Part shown: in pieces, positions 53,812 to 63,303 of the stretch
Layout of the letters: every line of letters begins with the position of its first letter
Numbering within the stretch: the stretch's first letter is position 1
DNA from: Candidatus Micrarchaeota archaeon
GTDB lineage: Archaea; Micrarchaeota; Micrarchaeia; Norongarragalinales; Norongarragalinaceae
NCBI GenBank assembly: GCA_016207165.1
Contig: JACQQD010000009.1
Location: 1-64,000 of the forward strand
Direction: 5' to 3'
Length of the DNA: 64,000 bases
Position numbers and translations under genes: made by a program
Notes under the pieces: generated by a model
The model's input: only the letters and a program-made list of their open reading frames with translations
The model's database searches: none
What the model was told of the DNA's origin: nothing

Positions 53812-54258
53812 TCAAACCAATCGCCTTCCAAAGAACACGGCGACCCACACCACGAGCGCCAGAATCAAGAGCATGGCGCTTTTCTGGGCGTACTGTTTCC
53901 ATCGGCCGTCGCCCTGGTAGTCCTTGAGCAGGCCTTGGCCGAGGTACGTGGCAGACAACGCGACGATGACTTGCGGTAGCGCGAAAGCCAGGTACGTGGC
54001 GTCCACGGAGCCGGCGCTGTAAAGCGATGCGAACTTGGCCGCCTCGATTCCCAACGCCAACGGGGCGGAAAAACCGAAGAAAAGCGCGCTGAACACGAAG
54101 ACGAAGGTGAGGCTCAATAGTTCGCTTTGCACGTCGTTGGGGACAAACGCGTACGGCGGCTCCAATTGGATGGCTTGCGGCTGGCTCAAGTTGAATCCGT
54201 ACACCGCGAAAAAAACGCCGCAAAACACGATGACTGAAAACAACGCAATCCATTTCAC
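53812..54258 (-). CDS. Membrane protein, unknown function
   Basis: About 4 hydrophobic segments. Start overlaps the stop of the upstream gene. Confidence 0.75.
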   Translation of the reverse strand: MKWIALFSVIVFCGVFFAVYGFNLSQPQAIQLEPPYAFVPNDVQSELLSLTFVFVFSALFFGFSAPLALGIEAAKFASLYSAGSVDATYLAFALPQVIVALSATYLGQGLLKDYQGDGRWKQYAQKSAMLLILALVVWVAVFFGRRLV

Positions 54259-54572
54259 AGGTAGTACACCTGGACGTGCGGCACTCCGGCGATTTTCTTG
54301 ACCGCCGACTTGTTGATGGGTAACGCCGAGAGAGCCGCTTGAACCGCTTTTTCGCCGACCACGTTGATGTTGCGCGCCTGCCGAAGCATCTCTCCGGCTT
54401 CCGCCGCCGTCACCGCGGTTCCTTCGTAGAATCCCCGGTAGGTCTTCAAGTCAATCACGGCGTCGCCTTGACGCAACACCTTGCCTAAAAGTGTGCGGTC
54501 GCATACCGCGGTCACCGACTTCTTGACGCCGTGGCCGTCCCGGCGTTCATGGATTTTGGCGACGAGGCTCAC
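54255..54572 (-). CDS. DUF424 family protein
   Basis: AVCDRTLLGK, FYEG, INVVGEKAV, IAGVPHVQ. GTG start overlaps the upstream stop. Confidence 0.88.
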   Translation of the reverse strand: MSLVAKIHERRDGHGVKKSVTAVCDRTLLGKVLRQGDAVIDLKTYRGFYEGTAVTAAEAGEMLRQARNINVVGEKAVQAALSALPINKSAVKKIAGVPHVQVYYL

Positions 54573-55486
54573 CGTTTTTTCACCTTGGGTTTGGCCTTTC
54601 CGGACTTTCGCACCGGCTTTTTGGGTTTCTTGGCTGGAGCGACGGAAACGCTCCGGGTTTGAGGCGTTGCCGCGGCTTGGGGTTTTTCCAAGGCGAGAAA
54701 CGCGTGCGCCACGAAATGCAGTTGCACGATTTCCGCGGCAAACACGACCAGCAACGCGATGAACACGGCGGCCAAAATAGACGGGACCAAGAGCAGGCCT
54801 AACGCCGACGCGTTGAATCCCACCACCGCCAACGCCAAAATGGCTAGAACCAGTAATCCCAAAAGTCCGGCCAGCATGACTCCGACGGCCAACAGGGTGG
54901 AGACCAACATGACGAGCAGCACGTCGATGGGTTCCCGCAGAAACACGTGCACGCTTTTCTTGATGGCGGCCCAGGCGGAGACGTCGGAGAGCACGACGTA
55001 AAAGTCCACGAACAAAAACGTGAGGCCCAGCGCCAGGGAGACGAGCAACCCCAGCGCTCCGAAGAGTCCCTCCAACGCTGGCACGGCCAGTCCGCCGAGG
55101 TTCAGGGGAATGGCCAACAGCACGTTGACGGCGGTGACAAACAACGCGGCGCCCACCAGCGACCAGAACCGGGGCTTGAAGTCGTTTAAGCTCTGCGTAA
55201 GGGTTCCGCCATGCACGGCGTTCTGGATGACGGCGCCGTACACTGCCAACCCGCCCAACACCAGGAACGCCAGCCAAACGAAGCCGAAAAAAATCAGGAG
55301 GCCCAATGATGACGCACTGGATAAAATGGTGGCGGGGTTCAAGGCGCCCAAGGCGTACGCCAGCGCGCCGAGAGTCAATAACGAAAGTACGGCGGCCACG
55401 GCAAAACCCAGGTACGCCCAAACCGCTTGGGAATGGCGGGCGTAATTCAAGGCGCTTCTGGCCAACGCCCCGTATTGCAAGTCCAT
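54569..55486 (-). CDS. Multi-TM membrane protein with Lys-rich tail
   Basis: About 7 hydrophobic segments and an A.AAIKKS motif. Confidence 0.8.
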   Translation of the reverse strand: MDLQYGALARSALNYARHSQAVWAYLGFAVAAVLSLLTLGALAYALGALNPATILSSASSLGLLIFFGFVWLAFLVLGGLAVYGAVIQNAVHGGTLTQSLNDFKPRFWSLVGAALFVTAVNVLLAIPLNLGGLAVPALEGLFGALGLLVSLALGLTFLFVDFYVVLSDVSAWAAIKKSVHVFLREPIDVLLVMLVSTLLAVGVMLAGLLGLLVLAILALAVVGFNASALGLLLVPSILAAVFIALLVVFAAEIVQLHFVAHAFLALEKPQAAATPQTRSVSVAPAKKPKKPVRKSGKAKPKVKKR

Positions 55487-55546
55487 GATGGTTGGGTAAC
55501 GCCGTTGAACTTTTTAAACGGATGCGGGGGGGAGTCGGGTAACGGT

Positions 55547-56212
55547 TCAAGCCGTCCTTCTTCGGGCTAGGACTTCGCGGGCTTTTCGGACGCGCTCGGC
55601 AGTCTCATTCCAACGCTGGGCGGTGGGGTGGAAAACGACGTTGTCACGGTCGGCGGTGTGCCGGACTACTCCGTGCATGCGTTCCAAGTCCGCGAGTTTT
55701 ACGCTGGCCGTTCTGCGCAGTCTGCTTAACGTTTGCCTCCTTTGCCGGAATTCGTCCAGCCGGGTTAGGTTGCCCGCGGTGGGCCCAACGGTTTGGCGTT
55801 GGCTGGGAATGGCTTTGGGTTGAAACTTCAGCGCGTGCGCCGTAATTTGGTTTCTGAATTCAGGGTTGTTCCTGATTTTCTCAACGAATTCTTCGGCGGT
55901 CTGCTTGTTTTGAGGCGTCATCACCAAATCGAATTCGGGGTTCATCGTCTTGCGAATGATGTTCCGCCACACCAGCGGGTCGTTAATCAATGGAATGGGA
56001 ATGAGGCGGGACGCGGTGTAGACGATCGATTCAATGGGGAATTGTTTGAACCGCTCCGCCGTGGCTTGCGCGCTTTCCTCTAGGGCCTCGCTGGCGGCGC
56101 GAACAAATCCTTTCTTGGCCGGGTACGCCTTGCTTTTGGCCATCATGGACGCGAGGTCGTCGGTGGACAACGCTTTTTTGGGTGCATTGCTCGTCATGGC
56201 GTTTGGGTCCAT
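55547..56212 (-). CDS. Hypothetical Arg-rich protein
   Basis: 221-aa ORF filling the gap; no recognised motif. Confidence 0.65.
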   Translation of the reverse strand: MDPNAMTSNAPKKALSTDDLASMMAKSKAYPAKKGFVRAASEALEESAQATAERFKQFPIESIVYTASRLIPIPLINDPLVWRNIIRKTMNPEFDLVMTPQNKQTAEEFVEKIRNNPEFRNQITAHALKFQPKAIPSQRQTVGPTAGNLTRLDEFRQRRQTLSRLRRTASVKLADLERMHGVVRHTADRDNVVFHPTAQRWNETAERVRKAREVLARRRTA

Positions 56213-56301
56213 GAATTGATGGCGTTTTTGGAATTAAAAGCCGCGTTTTCGGGTTTTCCAGGCCTGCGCCTTTTTAGTTCAAGCGCGTTCCAAATGTTTT
56301 C

Positions 56302-57051
56302 ATGAAGGAATTGGAAGATCTGTTGAAGGCGGCGGATGCCGCGGACGCCGTCTTGCTTAAGCACTTTCGAAAACCATTGAAAACGAAGCAGAAGCCGGAT
56401 GGGTCGTGGGTGACGCAGGCCGACGAGGAAGCCGAGAAAGCCGTACTGGCCGTGTTGCGGGACGCGTTCCCGGATTGCGGCGTTTTGGCCGAGGAATCCG
56501 GGGAATCCGGTTCCAACCTAAACCGGTGGGTCATCGACCCTTTGGACGGAACGCACTCGTACATGCGGGGCCTGCCGTTTTGCGGGCCGCTTTTGGCGTT
56601 CGAGAAAAACGGTGAAGTTCTTGCCGGCGTGATTTCCTTGCCCATGTTGAAAGAACGCGTGTGGGCGGAAAAAGGGAAAGGTTGTTTTTGGAACGGGAAA
56701 CAATGCAGGGTTTCAACGGTTTCAAATTTGACGGAGTCGTTTTTGACGTTTGAACTTAAACGCTCCACCGAGGAAGGATTCGGTCCCGCGTTGCTGGAGT
56801 TGTCGACCCAGGCCAAGAACGAGAAAGGGTATTCGGACGCCTACGCCTATTTCTTGGTGGCCACCGGCCAAGCGGAAGCCTTCATTGAAGGCTATCCGCA
56901 CCCGTGGGATGTGGCTGCTCCCCGCATTTGCCTCCAGGAAGCCGGAGGGAAAATGACGAAGCTGGCTGGAAAAAAGAACGGGTTGAACGTGGCCTCCAAC
57001 GCGGCGCTTCACAAAAATCTGTGTGATTTTCTTTCTTCTCGGCGGTCTTGA
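56302..57051 (+). CDS. Inositol monophosphatase family (HisN-like) phosphatase
   Basis: VTQADEEAE, AEE, WVIDPLDGT, WDVAA. Confidence 0.93.
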   Translation: MKELEDLLKAADAADAVLLKHFRKPLKTKQKPDGSWVTQADEEAEKAVLAVLRDAFPDCGVLAEESGESGSNLNRWVIDPLDGTHSYMRGLPFCGPLLAFEKNGEVLAGVISLPMLKERVWAEKGKGCFWNGKQCRVSTVSNLTESFLTFELKRSTEEGFGPALLELSTQAKNEKGYSDAYAYFLVATGQAEAFIEGYPHPWDVAAPRICLQEAGGKMTKLAGKKNGLNVASNAALHKNLCDFLSSRRS

Positions 57052-57092
57052 ATCGGTTTCTATTAATACGTTTGAATCGTTAATTGAGTCGT

Positions 57093-58832
57093 ATGGATTT
57101 CTCGGAACTCGTGGCGCTGTATGAGAAACTGGAGTCGACTCCCAAGCGCCTGGAAATGACGGATTATTTGGCCGCGTACTTCAAGGAAGTTCCGAAGACG
57201 AAGATCCGTCGCGTCGTGTACCTCATCCAAGGCATTTTAGTGCCGGAACACCAAGGCGTGGAACTGGGGGTGGCCGACAAGCTGTGCATGCGGGCCATCG
57301 CCAACGCATCGGGCCAGTCCATCAAAAACATTGAAGCCGCGTTCCGGAAAAAAGGCGACTTGGGGGTCGTGGCGCAGGACGCCATGTCCAAGAAGACGCA
57401 GACCACGCTGTCGTCAAGCGAGTTGTCGGTGGACAAGGTGTACGACAACTTGTTCAAGGTGGCTACGGCTTCTGGTGCGGGAAGCCAGGACCACAAGATC
57501 AAATTGTTATCCGAATTGTTTTCCAGCAGTGCGCCTTTGGAGGCCAAAGCCATTGCGCGGTTTGTCACCGGCTCACTTCGGTTGGGCGTTGCGGAGCCGA
57601 CCATCATTGACGCGCTGAGCGTTTGGAGCGTGGGGGATAAGTCAGCCAAAGAAGATTTGGAGCGCGCGTTCAACTTGACGTCGGATTTGGGTTGGGTGGC
57701 TGAGACCTTGTTTGAGAAGGGCATGGAATCGGTGAAAACGTTTTCGCCCACGCCGTTTCACCCCATTCGGCCCGCGTTGGCCGAGCGGTTGCCTTCCGCC
57801 GAGAAAATCATCGAGAAGCTGGGAACCGCCAGCGTGGAGGCCAAGTACGACGGGCTCCGGTTGCAAGTGCACAAAAAAGGCGATGAGGTCCGCATTTACT
57901 CGCGGCGGCAGGAAAACGTGACGCCCATGTTTCCGGATGTGGTGGCGGCCACGAAAAAGCAGTTTGCCGCCAAGGACGCCATTTTCGAGGGGGAAGCCAT
58001 TGGCGTGGATGCGGCCGGCAAATTCGTGGCGTTCCAGGAAACCGTGCAGCGAAAGCGCAAGCACGGCGTGGCCGAGGCCGCGCAACAAATTCCTCTGAAA
58101 TTGTTTTGCTTTGAGTTGTTGTACGCGGACGGCAGGGACTTGACGAACGAACCGTACCAATTGCGGAGAGAGGAGTTGGAAAAACGCGTCAGGAAGGGAA
58201 CTGTGTTGGATGTGGCGGCTACGCACCTGGTTTCGGATTCCAAGGAATTGGAAACGTTGTTCGACGCGTTCGTGGGCGAAGGCCTTGAAGGAGTGATGGC
58301 CAAAGACCTTGAAGCCCCGTACGTGGCGGGCGCCCGAAAGTTTGCGTGGATCAAACTCAAGCGCTCGTACGCGTCCAACTTGGCGGACTCGCTGGACGTC
58401 GTCGTCATCGGTTTTTACTACGGGAAAGGCAAGCGCACCAAATTCGGCTTTGGGGGACTGCTTACGGCGGTGTACGACGAATCGTCCAACCAATTCAAAA
58501 GCATTGCCAAAATCGGCACCGGATTTAACGAAGAGCAAATGAGTGCCTTTCGCGAACTCTTGGAAAAAGACGTGGTTCCGGAAAAGCCCAAGAACGTGGA
58601 TTGCCTCATCGTTCCCGACGAGTGGGTCAAGCCCAAGCACGTGGTGACCGTGGTGGCCGACGAATTGACGCGTTCCCCGACGCATACCGCGGGTTGGAAG
58701 GACCAGGAGGGCTTGGCGCTTCGTTTTCCAAGGCTCAAGGGCTTTGTCCGGGAGGACAAGGCGGCCAAACAAGCTACTACGGTCAAGGAAGTCCTGGATT
58801 TGTACGACTTGCAGCGGTCTCGGTCGGGTTGA
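57093..58832 (+). CDS. lig: ATP-dependent DNA ligase
   Basis: EAKYDGLR, FEGE, EGVMAK, WIKLK, LRFPR, REDK. Confidence 0.97.
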   Translation: MDFSELVALYEKLESTPKRLEMTDYLAAYFKEVPKTKIRRVVYLIQGILVPEHQGVELGVADKLCMRAIANASGQSIKNIEAAFRKKGDLGVVAQDAMSKKTQTTLSSSELSVDKVYDNLFKVATASGAGSQDHKIKLLSELFSSSAPLEAKAIARFVTGSLRLGVAEPTIIDALSVWSVGDKSAKEDLERAFNLTSDLGWVAETLFEKGMESVKTFSPTPFHPIRPALAERLPSAEKIIEKLGTASVEAKYDGLRLQVHKKGDEVRIYSRRQENVTPMFPDVVAATKKQFAAKDAIFEGEAIGVDAAGKFVAFQETVQRKRKHGVAEAAQQIPLKLFCFELLYADGRDLTNEPYQLRREELEKRVRKGTVLDVAATHLVSDSKELETLFDAFVGEGLEGVMAKDLEAPYVAGARKFAWIKLKRSYASNLADSLDVVVIGFYYGKGKRTKFGFGGLLTAVYDESSNQFKSIAKIGTGFNEEQMSAFRELLEKDVVPEKPKNVDCLIVPDEWVKPKHVVTVVADELTRSPTHTAGWKDQEGLALRFPRLKGFVREDKAAKQATTVKEVLDLYDLQRSRSG

Positions 58833-58939
58833 ATTGAACCAAACGTAAGACATTTCGTTGACTGTCGAACTTTCTTTGTTTTTGGTTTTCGGGGTGTTGG
58901 TCTCTAGGGTATTTCCCGCCCAAAAATTCCGTGGTTTCA

Positions 58940-58955
58940 GAAAGGTATTTATATA
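58940..58955 (+). promoter_or_regulatory. BRE/TATA promoter of the first ftsZ
   Basis: GAAAGG-TATTTATATA about 60 nt upstream of the ATG. Confidence 0.6.
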
Positions 58956-59011
58956 TCTTTGCGATTTTTAAATGGAATTCGTTTCACAGACGTTTTCAGA
59001 GGGCGATTAGC

Positions 59012-60085
59012 ATGATGGAAGACCTGGTTAAAGATGCGATGCGGAACCAACCCGCGCAACGCAGCAACATGGATGACTCCGTTGAGGAAATCAAGATTGT
59101 CGTGATCGGCGTAGGTGGAGGGGGCAACAACACCGTCAACCGCCTCAAGCGCCTCAACGTCCGCGGCGCCGAACTCATGGCTTGCAACACGGATCGCCAG
59201 CACCTCAACTTGTTGGACGAAAGCATCACTAAACTGCTCATCGGCAAAAGCGTGACCAAGGGCTTGGGAGCCGGCGGCTTTCCTGAAGTCGGCATGAAGT
59301 GCGCGGAAGTGGACCGGCCGGCTTTGGAGAAGGCGTTCCAGGGTTGCCACCTCGTCTTCGTCTGCTCGGGCATGGGCGGCGGAACCGGCACCGGAGCAGC
59401 ACCGGTGGTTGCGCAAGTCGCCAAGGAGCAGGGCGCCATCGTCGTTTCCATGGTCACCTACCCGTTCGCATTGGAGCGCGCCCGGGTTCGGAAGGCGGAC
59501 GACGGCATCCAACGCCTGCGTGAAGTCTCCGACTCCGTCATTATCCTGGACAACAACCGCTTGGTGCAGTTGGTGCCTAACCTCCCCATGAACCAGGCGT
59601 TTTTGGTGGCCGACGAGATTTTGGCCAAAGCCATTGGCGGCTTGGTGTTCACCATCACGCAACCCAGCTTAGTCAACATCGACTTTGCGGACGTCCGTGC
59701 GGTCATGACTCAAGGCGACGTCGGCATGATTGCCGTTGGTTCAGGCAAGGGTGCCAACAAGGTCGAGGACGCCGTGGAAGGCGTTTTGCAGAACCGCTTG
59801 TTGGACGTGGACTTTGCGGGTGCGTCCGGTGCATTGATTCACATTGCCGGCGGCAACGACTTGACGTTGGGTGACGCCATTAAAGCGGGTGAAATGATTA
59901 CCGAGCAGATGGACCCCAACGCGTCCGTCAAGTGGGGCGCGCGCCTGGTTCCGGAATACGATGGCAAGCTGGAAATCACGGCCATTGTCACGGGCGTCAA
60001 GTCGCCGCACGTGATGGGAAGGAAGGCCGCTCAAGCGCAAGCCGTCACCCAGAAAGCGGGTTACGACATTGAAATCATTGGATGA
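59012..60085 (+). CDS. ftsZ: Cell division protein FtsZ (FtsZ2-type), copy 1
   Basis: GVGGGGNN, GMGGGTGTG, PFALERAR, NIDFAD. Confidence 0.96.
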   Translation: MMEDLVKDAMRNQPAQRSNMDDSVEEIKIVVIGVGGGGNNTVNRLKRLNVRGAELMACNTDRQHLNLLDESITKLLIGKSVTKGLGAGGFPEVGMKCAEVDRPALEKAFQGCHLVFVCSGMGGGTGTGAAPVVAQVAKEQGAIVVSMVTYPFALERARVRKADDGIQRLREVSDSVIILDNNRLVQLVPNLPMNQAFLVADEILAKAIGGLVFTITQPSLVNIDFADVRAVMTQGDVGMIAVGSGKGANKVEDAVEGVLQNRLLDVDFAGASGALIHIAGGNDLTLGDAIKAGEMITEQMDPNASVKWGARLVPEYDGKLEITAIVTGVKSPHVMGRKAAQAQAVTQKAGYDIEIIG

Positions 60086-60149
60086 GTAAGAGTATCACGT
60101 TTACGACATGAAGGGCCGTTTGGTTTTTTGCGGCCCGGATGAAAAAGTG

Positions 60150-60180
60150 ACTTGACGGATTTCGCCGTCAAGTTGCTTTT
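60150..60180 (+). terminator. Hairpin plus T-tract between the ftsZ genes
   Basis: ACTTGACGG/CCGTCAAGT stem followed by TGCTTTT. Confidence 0.5.
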
Positions 60181-60326
60181 AACCTTCCAGAAGCGTTGAC
60201 CAGCGTTTTGGGAGGCAAATGCAACCCACCGGAAAAACAGAAGCGCTTTTTCCGATGAGTGAGCGGTAGCCATTCCAGGGGTGGCTATGGCTTTGGTTTG
60301 AATCCCGTCGGAGATGGTGTGAAGGT

Positions 60327-61397
60327 ATGGCAATGGAAGGCATTTTGGCGGATGCGTTGAAGAGTTCGCCGACGCGTGAGGAAACGAAGAAAGAGTTTGA
60401 CTCGTCCCACATCAAGATCAGCGTGGTGGGCGTGGGCGGCGCGGGCACCAACACGGTGGCGCGTCTGCACAAGATGGGCATTCAAAGTGCCAGCACGATC
60501 GCGGTCAACACGGACCAGAATCACCTCAAGATGGTGGACTGTGATCGAAGGCTGTTGATTGGCGGCAAGATGACGCGCGGCTTGGGGGCCGGAGGCTTTC
60601 CTGAAGTCGGCATGAAGTGCGCGGAACAGGCGCGCGACCGATTCGCGGATTTGTTGAAGGATTCGGAACTCGTATTTATTTGCGCGGGCATGGGCGGCGG
60701 AACAGGCACCGGAGCGGCACCCGTCATTGCCGACGTGGCCAAGCAACACGGAGCCATGGTGGTTTCCATGGTCACCTACCCGTTCGCGTTGGAGCGCGCC
60801 CGCTTGGAAAAAGCGGACTGGGGTTTGGAGGCCTTGCGCAACGTTTCGGATACAACTGTAATCATCGACAACAACCGGTTGGTCTCGTACGTGCCGAATT
60901 TGCCGATGAACCAGGCGTTTGCTGTGGCGGACACCTTGGTGGCGCGGTCCGTCAAGGGCATTGCTGACACCATCATGCTTCCCAGCTTGATGAACATTGA
61001 CTTTGCGGACGTGCGCATGATCATGGGCAACGCCGGAGTGGCCATGATTTCAGTTGGCGAAGGCCAGGGCAACAACAAGGTGGAGGCCGCGGTGAAAAAC
61101 ACGCTGGAACACCCCTTGCTGGATGTCGACTACGCGGGCTCCAAAGGCGCTTTGGTGTTGGTCCAAGGCGGCAGCCAATTGACGTTGGGTGAAGCCATTG
61201 CCGTGGGCGAGGGCATCACCGAGAATTTCGACCCCAACGCCTACGTCAAGTGGGGTGCGCGCCTGGTTCCTGAAATGGGTGACCGCATTTCCGTGATGAG
61301 CATCGTGACGGGAGTCACCTCGCCGCACGTGGTCGGCAAGGAAAAGCGCGAGCCCAAGAACGAAAAAGCCTTCGGGTTGGACCTCGTCCAGTTCTAA
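60327..61397 (+). CDS. ftsZ: Cell division protein FtsZ (FtsZ2-type), copy 2
   Basis: GVGGAGTN, GMGGGTGTG, PFALERAR, NIDFAD. Confidence 0.96.
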   Translation: MAMEGILADALKSSPTREETKKEFDSSHIKISVVGVGGAGTNTVARLHKMGIQSASTIAVNTDQNHLKMVDCDRRLLIGGKMTRGLGAGGFPEVGMKCAEQARDRFADLLKDSELVFICAGMGGGTGTGAAPVIADVAKQHGAMVVSMVTYPFALERARLEKADWGLEALRNVSDTTVIIDNNRLVSYVPNLPMNQAFAVADTLVARSVKGIADTIMLPSLMNIDFADVRMIMGNAGVAMISVGEGQGNNKVEAAVKNTLEHPLLDVDYAGSKGALVLVQGGSQLTLGEAIAVGEGITENFDPNAYVKWGARLVPEMGDRISVMSIVTGVTSPHVVGKEKREPKNEKAFGLDLVQF

Positions 61398-61468
61398 GCC
61401 CAACGGGTTGGAACCGTTGGTCCAGAGGACCAACGGATTTCTCCTGTGGGCTTGTTTTTTTTTCTTTT
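61396..61468 (+). terminator. Structured terminator after the second ftsZ
   Basis: CCGTTGGTCC/GGACCAACGG 10-bp stem within AAGCCCA/TGGGCTT, followed by a long T-tract. Confidence 0.65.
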
Positions 61469-61511
61469 CACGCTTTCGGAACCCACCTTCTCTGACGGGT
61501 CTCTGAAATAC

Positions 61512-61616
61512 GGGAAAAGGGGACTGGATCCGCTAACTGGCCGTCCAAGGTCTTTTGAACGCCTTCGGGTGTTCGCTCTCTGGGGACGCGTCGGGGATCC
61601 TTTTCCCCTTTCTCCC
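61512..61616 (+). ncRNA. Candidate rod-like hairpin RNA with cUUCGg tetraloop
   Basis: Nested stems GGGAAAAGGGGA/TCCCCTTTCTCCC, GGATCC/GGATCC, CGTCC/GGACG and GAACGCC-TTCG-GGTGTTC. Confidence 0.5.
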
Positions 61617-61694
61617 ACTTTTATATTGGGACCAGCAACGCGCAAAGATTCTTGCCCTGTCTGAAGCGCAAGTGTTTGGATACGTTTTAGGCAG

Positions 61695-62345
61695 TTAAGC
61701 GAAATGTTTGGAGCACACGTTTTGGACGTGTGGAACCAGTTCCATCAAGTCGTCGCCATCCAATGCCAAGCTCGCTTTCTGTTTCACGGCGGGTTTGGCG
61801 TTAAAGGCGATGGAGTGCGCCGAGTTTTCAAACATGGAGACGTCCGTCGCGCCGTCGCCAACCGAAATGGTGCGTTCCGGTGGAATGCCGGTCTGGTTTT
61901 GAATTTGCAAAAGCAAGTCGCCTTTGTTGTCCGTGACGCGGGCGATGCATTGTCCGGTCAGGACTTTGTTTTGGACTACGAGTTCGTTGGCGTGCACGTA
62001 GTCAAAGACGCGTCCGTGGGGCAAAATCGACAGCACGTTGGAAAACGAGCCGGTGATGACGGCGATTTTGAAGCTGTTTTTCTTGAGCCAGGAAACAAAG
62101 GGCAAAAAATTGTCACGGTACTGGATGCGGGAGGCCACGGCGTGCAAGTCGTTTTGGGTCAGGCCGGCCAATGCCCTGGTTTTCAGGTGGATGGTTTCGC
62201 TGAAACGGTGTTTTCCTTCCATGGTTTCCCGGGTGATTTTGGCGACGTAGGCACGCTTTCCGGCGAGGTCCGCAAGTTCGTCGATGATTTCCTGGCGGAT
62301 GAGCGTCGAATCGAAATCAAATGAGATGAGGCGTTCTTCAAGCAC
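61695..62345 (-). CDS. serB: Phosphoserine phosphatase
   Basis: DFDSTLI..EIIDELA, ITGSF, VGDGATD, AFNAKP. Confidence 0.95.
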   Translation of the reverse strand: MLEERLISFDFDSTLIRQEIIDELADLAGKRAYVAKITRETMEGKHRFSETIHLKTRALAGLTQNDLHAVASRIQYRDNFLPFVSWLKKNSFKIAVITGSFSNVLSILPHGRVFDYVHANELVVQNKVLTGQCIARVTDNKGDLLLQIQNQTGIPPERTISVGDGATDVSMFENSAHSIAFNAKPAVKQKASLALDGDDLMELVPHVQNVCSKHFA

Positions 62346-63303
62346 GCTGAACCACCGGGAGTTGGTTGACGGAGGCAACGGGCTGGCCGTTCAAGGCATC
62401 CAATAGAAGCTGTGCGGCCAGGACCGAAGCGTTGCGCTGGCTTTCCTGCGTTGAGGCGCCCAAGTGCGGCGTGGCGACCACGCGGGGGTGGGCCACGAGT
62501 TTTGCGGACGTGCTTTCAAGGGGGATGGGCTCCTTTTCAAAGACGTCCAGTCCCGCGGCCGCGACTTTTCCGGTGTTTAGCGCATTCAGGAGGGCTTGCT
62601 CGTTGATGATGCCGCCGCGGGCCGCGTTGACCAGCATTATGCCGTCCTTCATTTGGTTGAACGCGTGGACGTCAAGCAAGTTGCGGGTGGAGTCGTTCAG
62701 CGGTGCGTGGATGGAGAGGATGTCGCTTTGCGTGTACAGTTCCTCCAATGAAGCCATGGTCACGTGCATGGCGGCGGCTTTTTCTTCGGCCAGGAAGGGG
62801 TCGTACGCCAGGACGTGAGCACCGAAGGCGTTCAGGATTTTGGCCACGATTTTGCCGACGGCGCCCACGCCGATTAGTCCCACGGTTTTTCCGGCGATTT
62901 CCGTGCCCGTGAATTTCGTTCGCTCCCATTGGTTTTGCTTCATGGTTTCCAGGGCGGGTTTGAGTTGGCGGATGGCGGCCAGCAACAACGCCACGGCCAT
63001 TTCGGCGGCGGCTTGCGCGTTGGCTCCCGGCGCGTTGACCACCATTATTCCAAGGCGCGTGGCTTCTGGGACGTTGATGTTATCCACGCCGGTTCCCGCT
63101 CTGCCGACGGCTTTCAGGTTTTTTCCGGCGGAAAGAACGGCGGCGGTGACCTGGGTGCCGCTGCGTACCATGAGGGCGTCGTATCCTGGAATTTTTCCGG
63201 TGAGTTGGGCCTCGTCCATCCCGTAGGCTTCGTCCACGGCCGCCTGGCTTTTCAGTAGGGTCAGGGCGTCGGGGTGGATTTTGTCGGTGACGAGGACTTT
63301 CAT
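62338..63303 (-). CDS. serA: D-3-phosphoglycerate dehydrogenase (short form, no ACT domain)
   Basis: VRSGT, RAGTGVDNI, GVGAVG, NAARGG, DVFEKEP, TPHLGAST.E. Confidence 0.93.
   Translation of the reverse strand: MKVLVTDKIHPDALTLLKSQAAVDEAYGMDEAQLTGKIPGYDALMVRSGTQVTAAVLSAGKNLKAVGRAGTGVDNINVPEATRLGIMVVNAPGANAQAAAEMAVALLLAAIRQLKPALETMKQNQWERTKFTGTEIAGKTVGLIGVGAVGKIVAKILNAFGAHVLAYDPFLAEEKAAAMHVTMASLEELYTQSDILSIHAPLNDSTRNLLDVHAFNQMKDGIMLVNAARGGIINEQALLNALNTGKVAAAGLDVFEKEPIPLESTSAKLVAHPRVVATPHLGASTQESQRNASVLAAQLLLDALNGQPVASVNQLPVVQRA

Noticed and set aside
61512-61616. Glycine riboswitch or 5S rRNA on the minus strand
   Set aside because: GAGAG..CCGAAGG is only a partial match with no CTCTCAGG. It lies downstream of serB, not upstream, and the pairing favours the plus strand.
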